Shown piece after piece: positions 12,333-23,306 of a DNA stretch of 64,000 bases. Source of the DNA: Gracilinanus agilis (lineage: Eukaryota); assembly GCF_016433145.1 (NCBI RefSeq), contig NC_058135.1:175281152-175345151 (forward strand), written 5' to 3'. The position numbers were made by a program, and so were the translations under genes. Below the pieces are notes generated by a model. The model saw only the letters and a program-made list of their open reading frames with translations, was not told the DNA's origin and did not search any database. Each line of letters begins with the position of its first letter. Position 1 is the first letter of the stretch.

Positions 12333-15300
12333 TTGGGGCCCTTTAACGTATTTTAAAAAATATTTTGCTAACAATATTTCATTGTAATTGGTTTCCTTTG
12401 TAATCTTTATATTTTATTTTATGCATTTAAAAATATTCTTTTATGAAGAGAGCCATAGACATTATCATATTGCTAAGGAGTCCATGACACATTAAGAACT
12501 CCTACTTGAGGACATTATTCTTCATTAGAGTTAGCTTCCTTCATAGGCAGAATTTTCAATTCAGTTTTAAATGTATCTAAATAGAAGTGGATGGTAGTTA
12601 TTTAGCTATTTCACTTGTCATTTCTAATTTTTTCTCTTTAAAATTCTTTTTATTATAAATTCAGCAGATACCAACAAATATGAATGAGGACATGGGTATT
12701 CAAAGAATAGGAAAAGATGGTTATGCAATGAATATGTTTAATACAGCAACAAAACACCCTGCTTTTCTGTTTCTCCTGTCTACCGTCCTTTGGTCCTTTT
12801 TGGGCATTTTAAAAAATGTTTTATTGATGCTCGTCCTTCCTTTTTTTTGGTTTTCTTTTTCAAAGTGCTCTTGTCCACCAGCTGGAGCATTTTACACAGG
12901 ATCATCCACTGTCCCAGCACTGATGTTACTTGAGGGGAACTTTATTTTATAATTAAAAATTTTTTTTCTTTATTTTATTCCATTAACAAATCTACACATA
13001 AGTTTTCCAACGTTACATGATTCGTGTTGTCTCCCTCCCTTCAGGAGGTCTTTATGAAGAGGACCAAATTCTATTGACACCAGGCTCAGCTTGGTTTGTG
13101 ATCAATGGTGCCTTGGCTTATTTAATAAAAAGTCCTTAGTTCTCAGTGGCTGAGTTTTTTATGGGAACTTTATTCTCAGTTTTTAACTTGCCAACTCTCC
13201 TGCCTACCTAATTCAATGATATCATTGAAGAATTGCATTCATAAGTATTATGTAGTTTTTAAAAGTCAGTTAAATAGGATCGAGACTGAAATCCCAGCTC
13301 TAGCATTTCCTAGCTGTGTGGTAAGTCACTTAGAGTCTCGAAACTTTCACTTCATCCTCTATAGAATGAAGGGACTGTATCTCTAAGGTGTCTTCTGGCT
13401 CTAAATCCTTTGATTTATGAATATTATTTATCCTTTTTTATTGTCTTTTCTCCCCTCAGAGAAGGGCGAGGGGGGGCTCTATTTTGTAATATTGCTGAGA
13501 GCCGAGTGTATCCTTTCAAGTAATAATGCAGCCTGGACTCTTTGGGTTATCCTTTACATTTGCAGATGTAAAAATATGACAGAAAAAAGTACAGAGACAG
13601 TCAGGTCCAAAAGACACAGTGGCAAAAACAACTCAAGGACAGATGACAAAGGTCATGTACTAGACTTAGCCACAGTGCAGCATACAGATAACACCACCAC
13701 CATTGGCAATGTGTCGTCTTGGGATATGAGAATGGCAAATGTTAGATTATTAAGGAGCTGACTATCTAGTTATGAATTATACTGGCCATGTTCTCTTTAG
13801 TTCTTCCCATCTACCTCCCAGAACAATCCTAGTAAAAAGAGAAAGAATAAAGTTGAAGGATCTTGTTAGAACTTACTGAAATACTGACGTATTAATTCTT
13901 CAAGAATCCAAGATTTGGGGGCAGTGAGGTGGCTCAGGAGGTAGAGAAGGGGGTCCTGGGCTCAAATGTGACCTCAAACCCTTTCTAGCTTTGGGACCCT
14001 GGGCAAGTCACTTAATTCCCATTGCCTAGCACTTACCACTCTTCTATCTTGGAACTGATATTGCATAAGTATGTTTTTTTTAATCCATGATTTCATCACC
14101 ATAGGTTTATTCCTTTCTCCATTGAAAAGCATCATCCTTCTGGGACCTTAGAGAGGACTGTTTCCTCTTAAAGGACAGTTCATTTTCTGCTTAAGTGCCT
14201 TATTTTGGGTGGTCCCCTATATATGAAACCTACTTCCTCCTCACCTTTGCATTTTAGAATTCCTCCAAACCAGAGCTCAGGTGCCACCTCCTATTTACTT
14301 TGTATGAATGAAAGTCAGTATGGTCTGGTAAATAGAGCAAAGTCCCTGGAGTTAGAAAAAACCTGGGTTGAAATCCTGCCACAAAAAAGTACTGGATGTA
14401 TGACCTACCTCATATCTAGGTAGGCATAGTAGTAGCACCAAATAAAAATGCTGTAATCCTCAGAATCCAATGAGATCATCTAGGCAAAAGTTTATATTCT
14501 TTAAATCTCTCTCTATAAATGTGAATTACTATTATTACCCTGGAAAATCTCTTCTGCCTAGTCCTAATAATTGGGGAAGACAGACATACTCACTATGTAT
14601 GGTCAACCAGTTTATGTGTTTATGTGTTTGGAATCAATAAGGGAACTACCAAACAGAGCCCATCATCTTTAGATATATATTTAAAATAAAATAAAAATAA
14701 CATCTAGGAAATTTAAGTTATTTGATTTCACATTTGTTTATCAAGCATTGTAGCTTATTGAATGAATAATATTCTGTATAAACCAAACAATGTAAGGATT
14801 ATTTTTTTTCTTGAATTATTCTCAAATTAGAACTGTCAGAAGATGGGAGTCCAAAAAAAAACCCTAAAATCATTTTGTAAAAGACACAAGCATTTAAACA
14901 GACTCTGGGAAAAGCTGATTTGGATTTTGTCGACCTCCAGAGGCCATCACTCCAATGTCCTTTATCCCTAGGGAGGTACTTTTAGGAGAGAGAATTAAAT
15001 TGCCGGCATGACGTTTGAACCAGATTTCTACTCAGAAAAGAAAGACCTTTTAGTTAACTATTTTGAACTTAAGCTAAAATGTTCTGTATTTTAATCCTTC
15101 TTACCTCCATTTTGAGCTGTACTCTTTTTCACTTTGAAAACCCTAAGGTAATAAAAATGACCCAGTGCCAGAGGCCTGCCTATTTGTGGGAGTATTCACT
15201 TAGCTGTTTATTCTAATGGGCGGTGTCAGCTTGGCACCAGGCAGTGAGATAAACGGGCAAGGTTAGGTCTGCCAAGGTTGTTCTTTGATACTTTTATAGG

Positions 15301-16495
15301 GTTGTGGCAGTATTCATTGCTTCATAAAATAGTTCCATTTTCTGTACACGACACCCATTATTCTCAACATCATAGAATCACAGAGTTAGAGATGGGAGGG
15401 GTCTTAAAGATCCAATTCTGGTTTATATTGAAGAGATGGGTCTCTTGATGCCTTGCTCTTTTGACTCTACCCCTTTTTCAGAGCTAGCTACATAAAACAC
15501 AGATTTGGGGCTTTTTCGGGTGATGTTAGCTGTTCAGTTTTCTAAACAGCGTTGTGATTTGTGCATTGCTCTACTTAAAGAATAAAGGTACCAGAAAAAT
15601 ACTGACATTTCATATGGTGTTGATTCAGAATGTCAAAGCAAAGCTCTTAATTAAGTAAAAAAACAAAAACCCCCAACAATAGAATTACCTCTTGCCAAAA
15701 GTATAAGAGAGTAGAAAGAAGAGAAGCCAATTTAGTTGAGGTCAATTAATATGTTCCTTTAGGCTTCGTCAGTTAAGTAACAAATGAGGAACTATCTCTG
15801 AGAAACCCAGATTTTTCCAAGAAATAAAAACTAGTTTTTATGTAGTAATAGGCACATTTGAATAATACCAGAACTGAAAGCTACCCTGTCTTCCGACTAC
15901 ATGCAAAGGAGGAGTAAATGTTGGAAAATTCTTCCAGTGCCAGAAATGTCCTTCTGAGATATCATAGTGCTGTTAAAGTTGAAGTTTTAATCAAAAGCAA
16001 ATAGTAAGCTAGTTCAGCCTGGAAAACTTAGGCTCTTGATCTGCTTTTCAAATATAAACTAAACCCATTTATTGCTTTAATAAAGCAAATCTTAACTAGA
16101 ACTAAAAGGAAAGAAAAAATCTGGCTGTTCGAGATCATTGTTTGGCTTGAAAAGGTATTGATATTTTTATATTTCTATGACAAGATGAAAATGAAGTGCT
16201 CTCAGAAGATTTTGTTGAGCAAACAATGATTTAATCTGAGCAGCCTTGTGGTTGTGGTAAGCCATTTTTAGCTCATATCAAGAGATGTGTTGGGAAGGTC
16301 CATTCAAACTAAATTGTTGTGATATACTCATAGCTGATTTGGCTCTGATCCCTCACTTACTCCAAGGTTTATCAAATAAACAACAGGTTGAATCATTAAA
16401 ATCAACTCAAGAATTTTTCAAAGCCCCTACTATGTGGCCAGTATTGTGCTAGGCACTGAAGACACAAAGATAATGAGAGTATTTGTCAGCTACTA

Positions 16496-16507
16496 TACAT
16501 ACATACA

Positions 16508-16543
<36 letters not shown>

Positions 16544-16544
16544 T
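16496..16544. repeat. (TACA)n then (TA)n microsatellite
   Basis: Read directly. Confidence 0.95.
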
Positions 16545-17078
16545 CTTGCTTGCTCTCTAGAGAATTAATCTTATGAAATAAAATTTAAAAAAAATTTTTA
16601 TTGATATTTTGTGTTTTTACATCTACATTTTCCAATGTAACCTTCTATCCTTCCCCTCCCAAAGAATCATTCTTTATAACAAACCAGAAGGGGCGAAACA
16701 ATTTAGTAAAACTTACCAAGATATCTAAAAGTTCCTGATATCTCTAGTGTTCCATAACCATAATTATGTTCTACCTACAAAGAAGGGAAGGGGTTATCTT
16801 ATCTCTTCTGGGGCTGTTTGGCCTTAATTTCACAGCATTTAACTTCAACTTTAGTTGTTATTTCTCTTCCCACTTACATCATTACAGTAGTTGTGTGGCT
16901 CTTTCCTAGTTCTGCCTACTTCACTTTGCATCAGTTCATATTCTTTCCATGCACTTTTTAATATTCATCATATTTAATAAATGTCTATTGATTAGTGTAT
17001 GTTGCATAACTGTTCCTTATTAGAGATACTAGATATACAGCTTTTTCATTTTATATAATCAAAATTAACTACATTATC

Positions 17079-17261
17079 ATTTTTTTAAACCCTTAACTTC
17101 TATGAATTGGCTCATAGGTGGAAGAGTGGTAAGGGTGGGCAATGGGGGTCAAGTGACTTGCCCAGGGTCACACAGCTGGGAAGTGTCTGAGGCTGGATTT
17201 GAACCTAGGACCTCCTGTCTCTAGGCCTGGCTCTCAATCCACTGAGCTACCCAGCTGCCCC
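17079..17261 (-). mobile_element. Young SINE1_Mdo-type SINE
   Basis: Near-consensus; TSD CTACATTATC at 17069-17078 and 17262-17271. Confidence 0.92.
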
Positions 17262-17359
17262 CTACATTATCTTTTGCAGTTAGAAAGTTGACATGTACAG
17301 ATATTGACTTTGCTATGCTAGAAAGCATGTACAGAAATCTACAGGGTGCCATCATTCTT

Positions 17360-18010
17360 ATATTCAATTCAATAAATGTTTATTAAGCCCTTACTCTGTA
17401 CACACTGGGAGAGATACAGAGTAGATGAAACTGGAGAAATGAATCTCCATGAGAACATTTCAGAATTCCTAGTGATTCATACACAGAATAGACACCAAAT
17501 AAATCTATATCTATCAAAAAAAATTTTTTTCCTATTGATATGATCCCTGACCTCGTGAAGTTTACAACTCTTAAACCATCAAGAGATCCTGAGGATCTAA
17601 ACCTAGAGAATGAAACACTCCTTATTTGCACGGAGCTTACATTCTAATGGAGGAAAGCAATAAGTATATTAATAAGAATTTTCAGAATAGTTTCAGGATA
17701 AAATGAATAAATACTAAGGATAGAGAAAGCACATTAGGAGTTGGGTGAATCATGAAAGGCTTCATGGAGAAGGTGGTGTTTGAGCTGTGTCTTGAATGAA
17801 GAGAAAAATCCTGTGAGGTTGTGGTGATTAGGGAGTTCATTTTAGGCATGAGGGACAGCCAGCCAGTGCAAAAGGATGGAGACCTGGAGTCCAAAAGGGA
17901 CAAGGTCACTAAAGGTTTCCTAGAGGCGGTGACATTTGCTTTAAAAGATGGTTTGGAATTGACAGATGAAGGCTTAGAGAGGAAGGAATATGGCGCTGGT
18001 TTGAAAGGAC
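17360..18010 (-). mobile_element. L2 3' fragment(s)
   Basis: ttcaataaatgtttattaagc..., ggagcttacattctaatggagg, aaggcttcatggagaaggtggtgtttgagctg motifs. Confidence 0.65.
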
Positions 18011-19039
18011 TTAATAAATGATTTAGTTCAAATACTGGTTAAGCACATACTAGGTTAAAGTCATATGGGATATGCTTATATAATAATAAATGCTTATTAA
18101 ATTGAAGTCAACTGATTGAATATCTTGGGTGAGGAAGAGTTAAAATTCAAAGATAACAATGAGGTTTCAAACATGGGACACTGGGTAAAATGGTGATAGT
18201 ACTGACATAATTAGTGAAGTTGGAAGGAAGGAGGAGCATGTTTATCTTGTACACTGTACAGATAAGACTAACCTGTTTTAAAACTCAAAGCCTGTGACAT
18301 ATGTTTAATGAATTAATTTGTGTAGTGTTGGAGTATTTCTGTAGGATTTTTTCACCAACTGTGCCAGGTCCAAGATTAAGGGGCCATCCCTGGCAGGATC
18401 CTATCACCTCCGCAGATTTTATCTGAAGTCAAAAAAACAAATGTGTTTTTTTTTTCCCTTTTTCCTCTGCCCTTCAGGAAATGCTTATTTCGATTTGTAT
18501 CTGGCAGCATCCTACATGGTTTCTAGTTGTGGCATCTTAGTTCTTTGAGGATAAGGGGTTCCCTATCCTGACCTTGTTATGGAAATGTGAACACTTACTG
18601 CTCCACAGTAGCACATTATGTGTTGTTGAAGAAAGAGTATATTGATTGTGAAGAGTAGACATTGTCCCCCAAAAAAAGCTTTGCAGGAGGACCTTGTGCC
18701 TGGGATTTCAGATAACTTGAAGGTGGGCCATGAGTGCCGTTTTCATTATGCTAATTCTTTCAGGAGATACACAAAGCTGTGGGGAAAAAAATTTTTGTAG
18801 CCTTAAGACATTTTTAGTATCGAAGATATTTTTTATCCAAAATGCCAGGAAAGAGGTCAAATCAATATAATTAAAAATTGAAGAGTAGAAAGAACAAAAA
18901 CCCAAAGGGTTGTGGATAGAGTTCTGTTTTTTTTCCTAGTCATCCTTAACCCTCAATTATATTTTAAACCATTTCATATAATTGTTCCACATTATTACAT
19001 TAGCTCACATTAATCTTTCAATTATGTTCTCTCTTGCTC

Positions 19040-19260
19040 TTGAGACAGCATAAGTAGTGAGCAGAATGCTAGATCAAACTAAGATCTGGGTTCAAGCACA
19101 ACCTTGGGCACTTAGTATCTATGTGATCATAGGTGAGTCATTTAAACTCTGAGTCTCATCTCTATAAAAAAGGAGAATAGTACCTGTGATACTATATAGT
19201 GTTATATAAAGCTCAAATAAAGAAATGTATCTAAAATATCTTGCAAAATTTTAAATGCTT
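19040..19260 (+). mobile_element. MIR-type SINE; similar copies at about 14300-14540 (+), 30400-30640 (-), 44565-44760 (+), 58170-58370 (+)
   Basis: gagacagcat..gtagtg...ctgggttcaag...gtgagtcatttaaactctgagtctcatctctataaaa CORE. Confidence 0.7.
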
Positions 19261-20829
19261 TAGAATTTTATTTAGTTGATAGTTTTTATGTTTGTCTAAG
19301 CCTAAGGCATCATTGTTATATAGATTTGTAATCTATTCTACCAAGGCTCCGAGAAAGATGGTTTCATTGATTGTATTGTTCTTCTTTGGAGGATTTGAGG
19401 GATGACATTAAAGACATCACTCATATGTCTAGAAGGGCATCCAGGTATGTATTCCCGAGAACACATACTACCAGGATATTTATTTTCAGCTTTAATAGTT
19501 TAATACTGCGCTAGGACTTTGGGGGTTCCATTTTCAAAAATTCATTCATTCATTTATTTGTCTATTTATTTATTTGTTTGCCCTTAACTTTGCATATTGT
19601 TTCTAAGGCAGAAGAGTGGTAAGGGCTAGGCAATGGGAGTCAAGTGACTTGCCCAGGGTCACACAGCTAGGAAGTGTCCGATTCAGATTTGAACCCAGGA
19701 CTTCCCGCCTCTGGGCCTGATTCTCAATCCACCAAGCCACCCAGCTATCCCCTGGTTTCCCTATATTTAACATAATATTTAATACAATAGTGCATTGTGT
19801 AGACAGATGGCAGGAAAAAAAGGGTTTTCAATCATGATGGAGGAGGGAGTCATTCATTTTTTCAGATGCCCCCCTCTTGTAATGGCCCCGAGTTTTATGG
19901 AATTTTTATATATCAAAGCCCTGTCGACAGTGTGGAGGATAGTATATTATTTATTTAGGAAATGTGTGTAATACACTTAACTCCCTTAAGAACAAGAAGT
20001 TCTACTAACCACTTAGTGATGAATATTTCATTTGGTCCTAAGTATAAGTTAGGTTAACAGTCACCACCAGATTCCAATTCTGGTTGCAGCCATTTTATGG
20101 TGACTTCCTCTAGAATTGGAAATTTGAGGTGATTTCTTTCCTTCTGCCCTATTTAAACCTATCAACTTTTATTTCTGTTTTCCAGCCTTCTTTTTAAAAA
20201 CATTGAACATTTCCATCTCTTTTCCAGTGTTTTTGGTGCATTTTAGATATTGCTCTCGTTTCTCATTACCCACAATAGACTCATGCCTCGCACTCATCCC
20301 TCTACAGTTTCCCCTGCCATTGTAATAGAGAAGTATCACTAAAACAAAAAGGAGCCACACATTTTCTTACCTGACAGCATACATCATGTTCCACATCTCT
20401 AGTCGGCTACCTCTCCACCAAGGGGAGAGATGTGACATCATTAACCTTCTAGAATAAGATTACTTATTGCATCGATCTGAGTGCTAGAGGATTTTAGTAT
20501 TATTTTCTTTTACAAGATCATTGTGTTCTCTTGTTTCTGCTTTCATCGCTCCATCGAGATCTTCCCAAGTTTCTTTAGATTTCTATAGCCATCTTTTAAG
20601 GAAGCATAGCATCCCCTTACTTTTATAAACCACACTTTGCCCAGCCATTATTCAAGTCAATTGGCACCCATTTTTGTTTCTGTTTTGTTTTGTTTTGTTT
20701 TGTTTTGTGTGTGTGTGTTTTTTTTTTGCTACCACAAAGAGTTGCTATGAATATTTCTATCCCTGACCTTCTTTCAGTATATTCTCAAGTCTGGTATTAT
20801 GGTGTCAGATGATATGAACAGTCATGTCA

Positions 20830-21140
20830 ATATATATTTATTGCATATTTACTTTGTGCTAGGCACTGTGTTGTGTCACCCTGAGGAGAAAAGCAAAAGA
20901 TAGTTCTTTCCCTTAAGGAGCTCCCGATTTAATGAGGGATACATCAGGCAAGCAACTGTGTACAAATACGCTATGCTGGATATGTCAGAAATACTCAGCA
21001 GAGGGAGGGCACTAGAACAAAGGGAAATTAGGAATGGCTTCCTGTAGAAGGTGGGATTTTAGCTGGGGCTAGAAGAAAGCCAGTGATGCCAGAGGCAAAG
21101 ATGATTAGGGGGAGCATTTCAGGCATGTGGGACAGAGAGT
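20830..21140 (-). mobile_element. L2 3' fragment
   Basis: ttactttgtgctaggcactgtg, aaggagctc, ggcttcctgtagaaggtgggattttagctgg motifs. Confidence 0.6.
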
Positions 21141-21697
21141 GAATTAGAATTGGTTTTGCCTTTGCAAGAGGAATATTTCCCTTTGACAGTATTCAGATAT
21201 GTATTGGCTATTTAACCCTGGGCAAATCATTAAACATACCAGTCTTCCAGGAAACTCTTAAAACTTAAATTTCAAAGAAGGTGCCAATCTGCACTAATAG
21301 TGGGAGTTCTGGGAGCTCCTTTTACATCAAGGAAATATTAGGTCTGGTCAGAATTTAGGGGGAACAGTATTTAAAATAGATATTGTTCTGTTCCAGAGTA
21401 GTTCTTTTTTTTTTTTACCAGTTGCTGAAATATTACAATTATTATCAAATAATTTCCCTTTTTTAATGCAATAATTTGGCTCTTTGAAGTTATCGTATTT
21501 ATAAATGTGTCCCTTAGTTTTGTTTTTTAAATATTTTTATAATTTTTATATATAAATATTTGTATTTAATTTAAAAATTTTTAAATGTGTATTTTGAATA
21601 TTTGTAGTTTTAAAACTGGTTTTCAGCTAAGATTGTTACATGTGACTCTTTTAAGACATAAAATTGCAGTCCTAACTTTATTAAGAATGTATAAAAG

Positions 21698-21887
21698 GGA
21701 CAGCTAGTGGACTGAGAGCCAGACCTAGAGACGGGAGATCCTAAGTTCAAATCTGGCCTCAGACACTTCCCAGCTGTGTGACCCTGGGCAAGTTACTTAA
21801 CCCTCATTGCCTAGCCCTTACCACTCTTCTTCCTTGGAGCCAAGACAGAAGGTAAGGGTTCAAAACAAAACAAAACAAAACAAAAAA
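21698..21887 (+). mobile_element. SINE1_Mdo-type SINE (younger member of a tandem pair), (CAAAA)n tail
   Basis: 15-bp TSD AAGAATGTATAAAAG at 21683-21697 and 21888-21902. Confidence 0.9.
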
Positions 21888-21902
21888 AAGAATGTATAAA
21901 AG

Positions 21903-22112
21903 ACGTCAACTAGGTGGCTCCATGGATTGAGAGCCAGACCTAGAGATAAAGAGGGCTTGTGTTCAAAATTGCCCTCAGATACTTTTTAGCTGTATGACCT
22001 TGGGCAACCTTCACTGCCTAGTTCTTGTAGCAGTTCTGCCTCGGAACCAAATACAGTATTAATTCTAAGATGGAAAGAAATGGTTAAAAAAAAAAACTAA
22101 ACTAAAAATTAA
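21903..22112 (+). mobile_element. SINE1_Mdo-type SINE (older member of the tandem pair), ending 37 nt before the RBM47 exon start
   Basis: Head caactaggtggctc, tail ttctaagatggaaag...A-rich, followed by AAGAATGTAT at 22113-22122. Confidence 0.85.
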
Positions 22113-22149
22113 AAGAATGTATTATAATCCCTTTTCTTTTCTCCTTCAG

Positions 22150-23306
22150 ATTTCACCAAATTTTGAATGATTTTGACATAATGACAGCAGAAGATTCCGC
22201 TACAACAATGAGCAACGATTCCACCAATGTGTCGGCCGCCAAAGCTCCCGAAGGGATAGCCGGGGCGCCTAATGAGGCTGCCCTGCTGGCTCTCATGGAG
22301 CGTACGGGCTATAGTATGATACAGGAGAATGGTCAGCGCAAGTACGGCGGTCCTCCCCCAGGCTGGGAGGGGCTGCACCCCCCACGCGGCTGCGAGGTCT
22401 TCGTCGGGAAGATCCCCCGAGACGTGTACGAAGACGAGCTGGTGCCGGTGTTTGAGTCCGTCGGGCGTATCTACGAGATGCGATTGATGATGGACTTTGA
22501 TGGGAAGAACCGCGGCTACGCTTTCGTCATGTACACTCACAAGCACGAGGCCAAGCGGGCCGTGAGGGAACTGAACAATTATGAAATCAGACCGGGTCGA
22601 CTTCTCGGGGTCTGCTGCAGTGTGGACAACTGCCGGCTGTTCATCGGCGGCATCCCCAAGATGAAGAAGAGAGAGGAGATCCTGGAAGAGATCTCGAAGG
22701 TGACCGAAGGGGTTCTCGACGTGATCGTGTACGCGAGTGCCGCGGACAAGATGAAGAACAGAGGGTTTGCCTTCGTCGAGTACGAGAGCCACCGGGCGGC
22801 GGCCATGGCCAGGAGGAAGCTCATGCCTGGAAGGATCCAGCTGTGGGGGCACCAGATCGCGGTGGACTGGGCAGAGCCAGAGATAGATGTTGACGAAGAT
22901 GTCATGGAGACCGTTAAGATCCTGTACGTGAGGAACCTGATGATCGAAACCACCGAGGAGACGATCAAAAAGAGCTTTGGCCAGTTTAATCCTGGGTGTG
23001 TAGAACGAGTCAAAAAGATCCGAGATTATGCATTTGTTCACTTCACCAGCCGGGAAGACGCCGTGCATGCCATGAACAGCCTCAATGGCACCGAACTTGA
23101 AGGCTCGTGTCTTGAGGTTACTTTGGCCAAACCGGTAGACAAAGAGCAATACACACGCTATCAGAAGGCGGCCAAAGGAAGCGTGGCAGCAGAAGTCACA
23201 CCCCAGCAGCCTAACTATGTTTACTCGTGCGATCCCTATACCTTGGCCTACTATAGCTATCCCTACAATGCTCTCATTGGGCCCAACAGAGATTATTTTG
23301 TGAAAG
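22150..23306 (+). CDS. RBM47: RBM47 large first coding exon (31 nt UTR + codons 1-375; RRM1-3 and Tyr-rich linker)
   Basis: Acceptor cccttttcttttctccttcAG ends 22149; ATG 22181; donor AAAG|GTAAGT at 23306/23307; lies within ORF 22163..23341. Confidence 0.96.
22167..22181 (+). promoter_or_regulatory. Minimal uORF ATG ATT TTG ACA TAA whose stop overlaps the RBM47 ATG
   Basis: Read directly within the exon; the A of TAA (22181) is the A of the main ATG. Confidence 0.6.

Noticed and set aside
22579-23013. 144-aa second antisense ORF
   Set aside because: Shadow of the same coding exon; no independent support.
22109-23149. 346-aa antisense ORF over the RBM47 RRM exon
   Set aside because: It is codon-aligned with the sense frame, so it stays open simply because the GC3-rich exon avoids TTA/CTA/TCA codons. 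The translation has no recognisable domain.
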